Assembly (NCBI GenBank): GCA_002269645.1
Contig: NIVC01001193.1
Span: 35,785-99,784, forward strand
Length of the DNA: 64,000 nt
Reading direction: 5' to 3'
Origin: Macrostomum lignano
Lineage: Eukaryota
The notes under the pieces are model-generated. The model saw only the letters and a program-made list of their open reading frames with translations, did no database searches and was not told where the DNA came from. Of this stretch, positions 30,690 through 42,900 are shown piece after piece; position 1 is the first letter of the stretch; each line of letters begins with the position of its first letter. The translations under genes were made by a program, and so were the position numbers.

Positions 30690-31252
30690 GATTTGCCGCC
30701 CGCCAGCACCCGATTCCCTAATCGTTTGATGTGCCGCCAGCACCCGATTCTCTAATCGTTTGTTGTGACGACAGCACTCGATTCTCTAATCGTTTGTTGT
30801 GACGACAGCACTCGATTCTCTAATCGTTTTTTGTGACGACAGCACCCGATTCTCTAATCGTTTGATGTGCCGCCAGCACCCGATTCTCTAATCGTTTGAT
30901 GTGCCGCCAGCACCCGATTCTCTAATCGTTTGTTGTGACGACAGCACCCGATTCTCTAATCGTTTGATGTGCCGCCAGCACCCGATTCTCTAATCGTTTG
31001 ATGTGCCGCCAGCACCCGATTCTCTAATCGTTTGATGTGCCGCCAGCACCCGATTCTCTAATCGTTTGTTGTGACGACAGCACCCGATTCTCTAATCGTT
31101 TGATGTGCCGCCAGCACCCGATTTTCTAATCGTTTGTTGTGCCGCCATCACCCGATTCTCTAATAGTTTGATGTGCCGCTAGCACCCGATTATTTAATCG
31201 TTTGATGTGCCGCCCGCCAGCACCCGATTCCCTAATCGTTTGATGTGCCGCC
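30690..31252. repeat. 34-bp minisatellite CCAGCACCCGATTCTCTAATCGTTTGATGTGCCG
   Basis: Directly visible. Confidence 0.93.
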
Positions 31253-31325
31253 ATCCCTTCAACCCTGCAAATAAGTTTTTGGTCAAGAAGCTTCAATAGA
31301 AACAATATGACTAATACACGAAGCC

Positions 31326-33105
31326 TCAGTCGCACAGCTTCATCAAGTAGTCATGCTGCCCCACCGTCATCGGCTCCGTCAGCCATTCCCACACTTTCTG
31401 CCGCGTCGCCTCATCGCAGTAGCCGGCGCCCACGAAGTCTGGCAGCGGGTGGCGCCACTTGGCCGGAGTTTTTGCTCGAAAATCTTCGTAGCTGGCGTAA
31501 CCGGAAGACGCTAGCGGAGTTCGCAGCGGCCTCGGACCGGAGGCGAATGCTTCCTCCTGGTTCTGCTGCCGCTGCTCGGGATGAAGCTGCCTAGACGGCG
31601 GAGGCTGGACAGACACGATCGCCTCCTCCTCCATCTCCGCCTGCGATCGGTAGGCATCTGACAGTCCCACCTGCCTGAGGATGCGCATCGCCTGGCCGCG
31701 CGCCTCCGCCTCGGTTCTCGAGTGCCACCGGCTCGCCTGCGACGCCAGCGGAGTCGCCAAGCTGCGACGTCGGGGATCCGCCGAAGGGGAGAACAGAGCG
31801 GCTGGAGACCGCATCGGAGGCGGCGGCGGCGGCGTCTGCTGCGCCTGCTGAGGACGCTGCAGTCTGGACGACTGGGATCTGGAAGATAGAAGTTATTTAA
31901 AAATTGATTGAAATATATAAATTGTTAGCAAATAGCAAAAACAGTAGCAAGATATAGCACAACGCCACCTGCTTAACGATCCGTAGCTAACTCACTTTAA
32001 CCGTGTCTTTGATGTGCCGCCAACTCCCCTTCCTGTGTGTTTGATATGCCGCAAACCCAACCTCTACGTGTTTGATGTGCCGCTAACACTCATTTCCCGT
32101 GTCTTTGATGTGCCGCCAACACTCATTTCGCGTGTGTTTGATGTGCCGCCAACACTCATTTCCCGTGTGTTTGATGTGCCGCCAACACTCATTTCCCGTG
32201 TGTTTGATGTGCCGCCAACACTCATTTCCCGTGTGTTTGATGTGCCGCCAACACTCATTTCGCGTGTGTTTGATGTGCCGCCAACACTCATTTCCCGTGT
32301 GTTTGATGTGCCGCCAACACTCATTTCCCATGTTTTTGATATGCCGTCAACTCCACTTCCTGTGTGTTTGATGTGCTGCCAACTCCACTTCAAGTGCCGC
32401 CAACTCCGTTAACTCCACTTCTTGTGTGTCTGATGTGCCACCAACCCAACTTCCCCGTGTTTGATCTGCCGCTAACACTCATTTCCCGTGTGTTTGATGT
32501 GCCGCAAGCACCCTTTTCTCAGCAGATTTGATCACATAAAAATTTTGTCAAGACGCACTAAGAGCTAATTATCTTTTGGAAAAAATATGGGTGAGAATAT
32601 TTCACCTGGCCAGGGTCCACCTTGACCTCCGCTGGCTGCCAGCATCGGCTACGTTGCTATCAACGACGAACTCCTCGTCGAACTGATCGTCTTCGAACGC
32701 TTCGGGTGCTGTCCGCGGCGCCACCCGACGCGCCGATTGAAGGCTGCGCCTTGTGGGCGCATCTGTGGGCCACCGGCCGGCCAGGGTTCGCTCCCTGTAC
32801 TTGTCAACAATGCGCTGCGCCTCGGCGATGACCTCGCGAGTGCCCGCCGAGCTAAACGGCCTCAGGTTGAGCCGCCCCAACTCGTTGGCGGCGTCGCCGT
32901 CCAGGTCGCGCTGGGCCACGCTGAACGGGCGCTGGAACCGCTGGCGCTGGTCCGGCCGGTGCGGACCTCCGCTAGCCAGCAGGTGCCGATCTGCTGGCAG
33001 GTTGAACTCGCTGCTCACCGCCACCGAGGACCGAGACAGGGCCGCCCGGTAGCCGCGAAGGTCGGGCAAGTCGCGGCCAAGTCGGCCGAAATCGACGGCG
33101 GCCAT
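31326..33105 (-). CDS. Uncharacterised two-exon protein (about 350 aa)
   Basis: ATG at 33105 in a tcaaaATGG context. Exons 33105-32606 and 31878-31326 join in phase 2 (AG|A). GC-rich coding-like composition, C-terminus CDEATRQKVWEWL..DYLMKLCD. Confidence 0.75.
32005..32505. repeat. 33-bp intronic minisatellite GTGTTTGATGTGCCGCCAACACTCATTTCCCGT
   Basis: Directly visible. Confidence 0.93.
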
Positions 33106-33964
33106 TTTGATTGAGCAATTTTGTTTTTGTCCGGAACTGTCCGCTTCTATAATTGTAAAAATAAAGCACACTATTATAAAATGGCGAATGAGAGACCAGT
33201 TGAAAAGAGAGATTCTGCCCCGCGTCATTTATGGAACTTTGCGCTGAGAGCCAAGCGTAGGATGACAGAGATTTGCTTCGAATAGAGAGAGAGAGAGAGA
33301 GAGTAGAAAGCTCTGTTAGCTGCAGATTGAGCAGCCTGTTAGTTGCCGTATAGTTTGCTTGCTTTCTGTACCTCTTACCTGTCTCTCGTCTCTTGTCGCC
33401 CAGTAATTGTACCTATAGAGCAGCATGGATTAAAATGAATAGTTGGTAGGTCATGTGACAATAGGCCACCTGCCTGCATGCGCCAAAGAGGTTGGGTAGC
33501 TCATCAGATATCAAAATAAAGGCAGCTATAATATCTTGCTTCGTTTGAAGATTCATAGAAGATAGCAAGCGTATATTCCTCCAGTAAAGTGCGCGGCAAG
33601 GGCAGGACTCATGATGCAAACTATGCAAACTTTGCTCCAAACAAATGCCAAAACGAAAGGTAAGATACAATAATAGGGGCATCTACCGGGGGTGCAGCCG
33701 GAGTAGAAGTGTTTAAAAGAGCCATTCTCTTCTCACACAATCCAATTCAATTAGCAAAAAGACACAGAGAGGCCGCTCGCTTATTGATGACGACGGGAGC
33801 CGTTTTGAAAGTGGCAGATTTTTTTGGCAGACTGAGATTAAGTGCAGACACTCGGAGCTAATGGCAAGTGGCGTTGAGAACCGTATTGAGACAGGATGGT
33901 CACAGAGAAATTGAGAACTTTGGAGTACTTTTAGCTATTGATGAGGCATACACAATCAGTATGT

Positions 33965-35548
33965 GGGCATGCCTCATCAGTGGCATTCCAAACATTGGAT
34001 ATGCCTCATCAACAGCATTCCCAACATTGAATATGCCTTATCAACAGCATTCCAAACATTGGATATGCCTCATCAGTATCATTCCCAACAAGGATATGCC
34101 TCATCAGTATCATTCCCAACAAGGATATGCCTCATCAGTAGCATTCCCAACATTGGATATGCCTCATCAGTAGCATTCCCAACATTAGATATGCCTCATC
34201 AGTATCATTCCCAACAAGGATATGCCTCATCAGTAGCATTCCCAACATTAGATATGCCTCATCAGTATCATTCCCAACAAGGATATGCCTCATCAGTAGC
34301 ATTCCCAACATTGGATATGCCTCATCAGTATCATTCCCAACATTAGATATGCCTCATCAGTATCATTCCCAACAAGGATATGCCTCATTATTAGCACACC
34401 CGACATGGATATGCCTCATCAGTAGCATTCCCAACATGGATATGCCTCATTATTAGCACACCCGACATGGATATGCCTCATCAGTAGCATTCCCGACATG
34501 GATATGCCTCATCAGTAGCATTCCCGACATGGATATGCCTCATCAGTAGCATTCCCGACATGGATATGCCTCATCAGTAGCATTCCCGACATGGATATGC
34601 CTCATCAGTAGCATTCCCAACATTGGATATGCCTCATCAGTAGCATTCCCGACATGGATATGCCTCATCAGTAGCATTCCCGACATGGATATGCCTCATC
34701 AGTAGCATTCCCGACATGGATATGCCTCATCAGTAGCATTCCCGACATTGGATATGCCTCATCAGTAGCATTCCCGACATGGATATGCCTCATCAGTAGC
34801 ATTCCCAACATTAGATATGCCTCATCAGTATCATTCCCAACAAGGATATGCCTCATCAGTAGCATTCCCAACATGGATATGCCTCATCAGTATCATTCCC
34901 AACAAGGATATGCCTCATCAGTAGCATTCCCAACAAGGATATGCCTCATCAGTAGCATTCCCAACAAGGATATGCCTCATCAGTAGCATTCCCAACATTG
35001 GATTTGCCTCATCAGTATCATTCCCAACAAGGATATGCCTCATCAGTATCATTCCCAACAAGGATATGCCTCATCAGTATCATTCCCAACATTAGATATG
35101 CCTCATCAGTATCATTCCCAACATGGATATGCCTCATCAGTAGCATTCCCAACATTGGATATGCCTCATCAGTAGCATTCCCAACAAGGATATGCCTCAT
35201 CAGTAGCATTCCCAACATTAGATATGCCTCATCAGTAGCATTCCCAACAAGGATATGCCTCATCAGTAGCATTCCCAACATTAGATATGCCTCATCAGTA
35301 GCATTCCCAACATTAGATATGCCTCATCAGTAGCATTCCCAACAAGGATATGCCTCATCAGTAGCATTCCCAACAAGGATATGCCTCATCAGTAGCATTC
35401 CCAACAAGGATATGCCTCATCAGTAGCATTCCCAACATTAGATATGCCTCATCAGTAGCATTCCCGACATGGATATGCCTCATCAGTAGCATTCCCAACA
35501 TTAGATATGCCTCATCAGTAGCATTCCCGACATGGATATGCCTCATCA
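33965..35548. repeat. 31/32-bp minisatellite GATATGCCTCATCAGTAGCATTCCCAACA..
   Basis: About 50 copies. Confidence 0.95.
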
Positions 35549-36423
35549 GTAGCACACCCATTGTTATACAAAGCTAAATCGCGGACTCCAAATTCATATA
35601 CTACTAGAACCGGGAATAAAATATCCAGCTGCGTGAAATATGATGTACGAGCTATACTACTGCAACAATCCAACAGTAGTCAGTAGCACACTTCAAAGCT
35701 CTGAGAGAGTAGAATTTATTCATCATACACAGAAAATGATACGTTTGTAGTCTTTAAATTATAAACGGATAATTTTGGATTATGAAATTCGCATTCTCAA
35801 CATGAGATGCTGAAATGTGAAACCAAAAAATTATGAATATGACGTGAAGGATTTTTTTATTTAATTTTCTTTCCAACCCCGGGGCAGGAAACGAGAAGTG
35901 TCGCTCCGTGGCGAAACCAATAAAATCTGTATTTGAATGAAATCCAATATGCCCTGGGGTAGGTCAGCTTCATTTTCACCAGAGAGCACCAGATTAGGAG
36001 TCTGGAGTGAAACGCTTTTTTTGCAACTTTGTAGCAGCTTCCAGGTTGAAAATAAAAATCTTCACAATCTCTGAACTGTCCGCGAGCTCTGGAGAATGGA
36101 GATTCCTAATCCATAGTCAGAGCTCGGTTTCCATTCCAGACTTCTATAGATTTCATGCTGTCCATGATCCAGCACAGAGGGTGCACAATCTCAGCCTGGG
36201 GGGGGTAAAAGACCGGGCCACTTCCTGAGAAAAGGTGAGACGCATTTAGATAAATTGGCCAGACAGATAGCAGCTATAACAGATGGAGCGCGACCAGCCT
36301 CTCAATTCCGTTCTCTTTCCTTCTTCTTTTCTTCTTAATTTTCGGCTCATTTCAAACTTCTACCCGACCCTGGCAGGAGAGGGGGGTTTGAACTGGGGAG
36401 GGGGTCGGGCCGGGGACTGCCTG

Positions 36424-36436
36424 GTTGCTTAGCAAC
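36424..36436. promoter_or_regulatory. RFX X-box-like palindrome
   Basis: GTTGCTTAGCAAC about 500 bp upstream of the KY-like ATG. Confidence 0.5.
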
Positions 36437-36940
36437 GCTCAAGAGACGAGCGAGAAAGCAGAGAGGAGAGACGCGATGATTGTGCGCACCGAAGGAGAGT
36501 GACTGCGGAGAGCAAGAGAAGAGAGTCTAAATATGACCGAGGTGGAAAGGCCCGGTGTGCTCAAAAAGGCGTCCCCCGCCTCTGTCTCTTTATTGGTTGC
36601 CGTGCGTTTTCTACTATTCTATAACACAGCCAGGGAAATTTCAGTCATTTTATTTGAAAACAGCCATTGTCTGCTAGCAGCTGCAGCCAGTCGTGACGCG
36701 CATTTGCTCAGAAAAAATGAAAACGGACTGAATTGGCGCGCATCGCTGCGGGTTGTCCTTGAGCGTATATATATATATATTTATAATTGCTGTGTCTGTC
36801 AAAACTACAGCTCGAACGCTTCCTGTCCGACAGAGAAAAAAACTACAATCAAAACTTCTGAGCAGAGCTTTAATCTATGCTAGCCGACTAGCCACCGATT
36901 AAAGAACTTCTATAGCAACTAGCTCCAATCAGAGTTCGAA

Positions 36941-39900
36941 ATGGCCGAATCGCCAGAGCAGGACACCAACAGGAGCGGCCAGGCCGGCGAAGAGATCAAC
37001 CCCGAAAGCTTAGGCGACCCCAGCGTCGGCTTCACCCTTGACGAGCTCCGTCGCGTGCAGATGACCCGCGGCCGCAAGCCGCCGAAATCGCCGCTCGAGC
37101 CGGGCACGCGGCCGCTGCCCTATCCTAGCAACCGTTGCCGGGCGGACCTGTACCGGCCGGAGGATCTGGCGCATATCGGCCCGCTGGCCAGACAGGTGCT
37201 GCCGACGGAGGAAGACACCTGGGAGTCGTTCACTCGCACACTGATGGACACCTGCAAGTGCCAGACTGACCTGGAGAAGGTGCGCGCCGCTTTCGAATGG
37301 GTCGGACAGGCGGACCCAGCCAGGGCCGGGCGGGATGCCGAGGGCAGGAAGAAGGACTCGCCGCTGGACATTCTGGCGCGCTGCCGGCAGGAGAAACTTT
37401 TCTCAGCGCTCTTCCAGCGAATCATCGCGTGAGTTCGTCCGTCCCTGTCCTGTGTGCTTATCGGTGTGTGTCTGTCCTGTGTGCTTATCGGTGTGTGTCT
37501 GTCCTGTGTGCTTATCGGTGTGTGTCTGTCCTGTGTGCTTATCGGTGTGTCTGTCCTGTGTGCTTATCGGTGTGTGTCTGTCCTGTGTGCTTATCGGTGT
37601 CTGTCTGCCCTGTGTGCTTATCGGTTTGTGTCTGTCCTGTGTGCTTATCGGTGTGTGTCTGTCCTGTGTGCTTATCGGTGTGTGTCTGTCCTGTGTGCTT
37701 ATCGGTGTGTGTCTGTCCTGTGTGCTTATCGGTTTGTGTCTGTCCTGTGTGCTTATGGGTTTGTGTATGTCCTGTGTGCTTATGGGTTTGTGTATGTCCT
37801 GTGTGCTTATCGGTGTGTGTCTGTCCTGTGTGCTTATCGGTGTGTGTCTGTCCTGTGTGCTTATCGGTGTGTGTCTGTCCGTGTCCTGTGTGCTTATCGG
37901 TGTGTGTCTGTCCTGTGTGCTTATGGGTTTGTGTCTGTCCTGTGTGCTTATGGGTTTGTGTCTGTCCTGTGTGCTTATGGGTTTGTGTCTGTCCTGTGTG
38001 CTTATCGGTGTGTGTCTGTCCTGTGTGCTTATCGGTGTGTGTCTGTCCTGTGTGCTTATGGGTTTGTGTCTGTCCTGTGTGCTTATCGGTTTGTGTCTGT
38101 CCTGTGTGCTTATGGGTTTGTGTCTGTCCTGTGTGCTTATGGGTTTGTGTCTGTCCTGTGTGCTTATGGGTTTGTGTCTGTCCTGTGTGCTTATGGGTTT
38201 GTGTCTGTCCTGTGTGCTTATGGGTTTGTGTCTGTCCTGTGTGCTTATGGTGTGTGTCTGTCCTGTGTGCTTATCGGTGTCTGTCTGTCCTGTGTGCTTA
38301 TGGGTTTGTGTCTGTCCTGTGTGCTTATCGGTTTGTGTCTGTCCTGTGTGCTTATGGGTTTGTGTCTTTCCTGTGTGCTTATGGGTTTGTGTCTGTCCTG
38401 TGTGCTTATGGGTTTGTGTCTGTCCTGTGTGCTTATCGGTGTGTGTCTGTCCTGTGTGCTTATGGGTTTGTGTCTGTCCGTGTCCTGTGTGCTTATCGGT
38501 GTGTGGCTGTCCTGTGTGCTTATGGGTTTGTGTCTGTCCTGTGTGCTTATCGGTGTCTGTCTGTCCTGTGTGCTTATCGGTGTCTGTCTGTCCTGTGTGC
38601 TTATCGGTTTGTGTCTGTCCTGTGTGCTTATCGGTTTGTGTCTGTCCGTGTCCTGTGTGCTTATCGGTGTGTGTCTGTCCTGTGTGCTTATGGGTTTGTG
38701 TCTGTCCTGTGTGCTTATCGGTGTCTGTCTGTCCTGTGTGCTTATCGGTTTGTGTCTGTCCTGTGTGCTTATCGGTTTGTGTCTGTCCGTGTCCTGTGTG
38801 CTTATCGGTGTGGGGCTGTCCTGTGTACTTATCGGTTTGTGTCTGTCCCTATCCTGTGTACTTATCGGTTGGTGTCTGTCCCTATCCTGTGTACTTATCG
38901 GTTGGTGTCTGTCCCTATCCTGTGTACTTATCGGTTGGTGTCTGTCCCTATCCTGTGTACTTATCGGTTAGTGTTTGTCAATGCTATTGAAATCGGATTC
39001 TAGCGCACTAAATGCACTGGTGCCACACCAAAGCAACCAACTGCAGCACTGTCTGTCTATCAGGCAAAGCCATAGGATGATAGGCTGTCATCTATTTCTC
39101 AGAGAGCTCTCTGCCGGTGCCACTTTAATATCAAAATGGAAAGCCAATTAATCGCTTTTTTGGAGTCCGTGGAAACAGCTCAGGATCTCCCAAAGCGCAG
39201 GATATTTACCCTCAACTTTCCCTCTCTCATTTTTGCAACCTGACTTCTCCGATCCCCCAGCTCCTCCGTTCTCAGATCCCGGAAGCTGGCGATGGGGCTG
39301 GGGAAGAAAAATTTTGGCAACTCTCTCCTCCTCCCATCCCGTCTCACTGAATCGCCCATCGTTACCATTGACAACGCCACGTCGCTTTCCAAGAATGCAA
39401 AACTGAAGAAGAAAAAGAAGAAGTAAGAAGCGAAAGAAAAAAACTAGGCAGGCAGGTGGCCGCCCGTCTCGGGTCGATTATTAACTGGTGGGGGGGGTTG
39501 CCATCCGGGGTCCAGTTTGAAGTGGGAGAAGGGGCTCAATGACGAACTCCCACCCTCATCTGCTCTCTTTCTCGTTTCATCTTCTGAGTTTGAAGCCTCA
39601 TCCAACTTTGAAAAAAGCAATCTAAGTTGATGATGCCTGCCTGGCTTGGAGTATCGTTAATTAACTGAGCTTCATCGAACAGTTTCAGTAGCACATGGCT
39701 TAACGCAGACCTTTGAAGTTACTAGCAGGCATGGATGTCTGAAAATAAGTTCTGGACAGAGTAACGTAATAGAATCGAAAAACAGCTACATGTGTCGATG
39801 AATCCCAAAATTAAATTCCAGAATCCCAAACCGCTCATCTCAGAATCCTAACCCGTAAATCCCCGAACCCCAACCTGTAAATCCCAGAATCTCAACACGA

Positions 39901-42900
39901 AAATCCAAGAATCCCAAACCGCTAATCCCAGAATCCCAACCCGCAAACCCCAGACCCCAACCCGTAAATCCCAGAATCCCAATCCGAAAATCCCAGAATC
40001 CCGACCCTTAAATCCCAGAATCCCAAACCGCAAATCCCAGAATCCCAAACAACTAATCCCAGAAACCCAAACAACTAATCCCAGAATCCCAACCCGATAA
40101 TCCCAGAATCCCAACCCGTGAATCCCAGAATCCCAACCCGCAAATCCCAGAATCCCTACCCATGAATCCCAGAATCCCAACCCGTGAATCCCAGAATCCC
40201 AGAATCCCAACCCGTGAATCCCAAAATCCCAACCCGTGAATCTCAGAATCCCAACCCGTGAATTCCAGAATCCCAACCCGCAAACCCCAGAACCCAAACC
40301 GCAAATCCCAGAAACCCAAACAACTAATCCCAGAATCCCAAACCGAAATCCCAGATTCCCAAAACCGCAAATCCCAGAATCCCAACCCGCAAATCCCAGA
40401 ATCCCAACCCACGAACTCCCCGAACCCGGCTCCCGCAGGTACGCAGACGTGGACTACGAGCTGGTTCGCGGCTACAAGAAGGGCACCTCCTACGAGTCGG
40501 GCAGCGCATCGAGCCGAACCGCGACCGGGGCCTCTGGTTCGCCGTGCTAATCGACGGCGAATGGCGATTCGTCGACGCGCACTGGGGCTGCTGCCACGTG
40601 TCCGGGGAGAACAGCGGCGAGTGGAACAGGATCCAGGAAGACGGCGGAGTGCAGACGTCGACTAGGACTCAGGGCACCGTGGTGTACTCGTGCAACGAGA
40701 CCTACTTCCTCACCGACCCGTGGAAGATGATCTTCAAGCACTTCCCGGAGAGGCCGGAGTGGCAGCTGCTGCCGGAGCCGCTGACCAAGGATCAGTTCGA
40801 GCAGCTGCCCTACCTGTTCCCCGACCTGGTTGAGGCATTCGGCCTGAGACTGCTCAGCCACAAGAAGTCAGTAGCGCTGGTGCCGCACTCCGGACGGTTG
40901 AGCATCGAACTGGAGGAGTCCAGCGAGATTCACGAGTACATGGCGCTGCTGTACATCCACTCCAGCGACACCATCAACTTCCGGCAGAAGCAGATCAAGC
41001 TAGCCAGATTTTTGGCGGTGAAGCGGGCCGGAAATCAACTGCAAATCGAGGTTTACCCGCCAAAGCCGGGAAAGTACCTGTTGGTGCTGCAGGTGAGTGG
41101 CTTATGGTAGTTTCGGACAATTATTCCGGGTAGTTTCGGACAGCGATTCCGGGCAGTTCCGGACAGTGATTCCGGGCAGTTTCGAACAGGGATTCCGGGT
41201 TGTTTCAGAAGTCGGTAGTTTCGGACAGTGATTCCGAGTAGTTTCAGACAGGGATTCCGAGCAGTTTCGGACAGGGATGCTGGGTAGTTTCGGACAGTGA
41301 TTCCGGGTATTTTCGGACAGGGATCTGAGATAGCTTCGGACAGGGATTCTGGGTAGTTTCGGACAGGGATCCGAAATAGCTTTAGACAAGAGTTCGGAGT
41401 AGTTTCAGACAGGAGTTCGAAGTATCAATAGTTTCGGACAGGGGCTCTACGTAGGTTCAAGACGAGGGTTCCGGGTAGTTTCGGACAGATGTTCGGGGTA
41501 GTTTCGGACAGATGTTCGGAGTAGTTTCGGACAGGGATTCTAGGTAGTTCCGGACAGGGGTTTCTGGTAGTTTCGGACAGATATTCCGGGTAATTTGGAC
41601 TTCGGAGTAGTTTTGGACAGGAGTTCGGAGTAGTTTTGGACAGGAGTTCGGAGTAGTTTCGGACAGGAGTTCGGAGTTTCGGACAGGAGTTCGGAGTAGT
41701 TTCGGACAGGGGTTCCGGGCAGATTCAACCGTTGATTCTCCCACTCCGCAGGGCCACAGCGATGGTAGTCCGGCGGCGGGCGGCTCGGCGGCGGCCGGCC
41801 AGATGATGGACCTGGTGCACTACGTGCTGCACTGCCATCGGGCCAGCGACTTCGTCGAGCCAATGCCGGAGAACCAAGCGGACGAGTGGGGCCTCGGCGC
41901 CCGAGCGGAGAAGATCGGCGTGGAAGCGGTGAGCCACCCGGATGCGGAGATCCGGCTGCAGGACGGCGAGCAGACGATCCAGCTGCGGGCTAAGCAGGAC
42001 GAGCTGGAGTACCGCTGCGAGCTGCGCAGCCAGCTGGACACGGAGCCGCTGGCTGACTACGAGCCGCTTGTGTGGCATCAGGACGGCTTCGACCTCGTCC
42101 ATGTGGTGGCGCCCGGCGCCGGCCGGTTCGGCCTGGCGATCCGCGCCAGGCGCCGCTCGGACAAGGAAAGCCAATTCGAGCCGGTGTGCGACTACCTGCT
42201 GGAGTCGGAGGTCGGCGCCGACGGCTCGGAGGACCCGCTGCCGCCGATGCGCCTGATCGGCAGCCTGGCCTGCCCGGACGAGGCCGCCGCGGCCAGGCTG
42301 AAGGCTATGAACGCCAGGCCGGAGCCGAAGTCGCCGTACATCCGGGCCAGCGAGCCGGAGATCTGCCTGGCCTGGCAGCACCGGCCCACTGAGCGGCTGA
42401 GCGCCGAGCTGTACAAATTCGACGCCGGCTCGGCTTCGCTTCGCCGTCTGCCTGATGGCCAGCTGTTCAACCAGGGCGTTGACGTTGGAGACGGCACCGA
42501 GTTTCGGGTGCGCTTTGCCGAGAATGGCTGCCATCTGCTGAGGCTGTTCGCCGACGCCGATGACAGCAGCCGCGAGCTGGTGTACACCTACCTGATCCGC
42601 AGCTGCGCCCGTCTCGACGAACCGCTGGTTGCCTTCCCGACACGCGGACCGGCTTGGCGAGCCCCGGCCTGCCGTCTGGAGAGCGGCGGCCTGGACGGCG
42701 AATTGGCGCCGGGCTGCGCGGCGCCGATCCGACTGCGTGTCGGCGACCTCGGCGAGGTCAACGGTGAAAACGTTGGCGTGTTCGCGGGGGAGACGCCATT
42801 TCAACTGGATGGCGACTGCTGGACGGGCGACCTGCCGGCCGAGGCGGAGGGCAGTCGGTTTGAGCTTCGCTGCGGCGGCCAGGCGCTGCTGTCCTACCGA

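Noticed and set aside
26200-35548. 30-34-bp arrays as CRISPR
   Set aside because: The units are head-to-tail with no unique spacers, there are no cas genes and the context is eukaryotic.
39180-39392. 70-aa - strand ORF in the KY-like intron
   Set aside because: It is short, has a non-ATG start and has no homology cues.
39795-40410. AATCCC repeats as interstitial telomere
   Set aside because: The unit is about 21 bp and is not (CCCTAA)n.
40491-40510. Programmed ribosomal frameshift
   Set aside because: No slippery heptamer or evident stimulatory structure. An indel is simpler.
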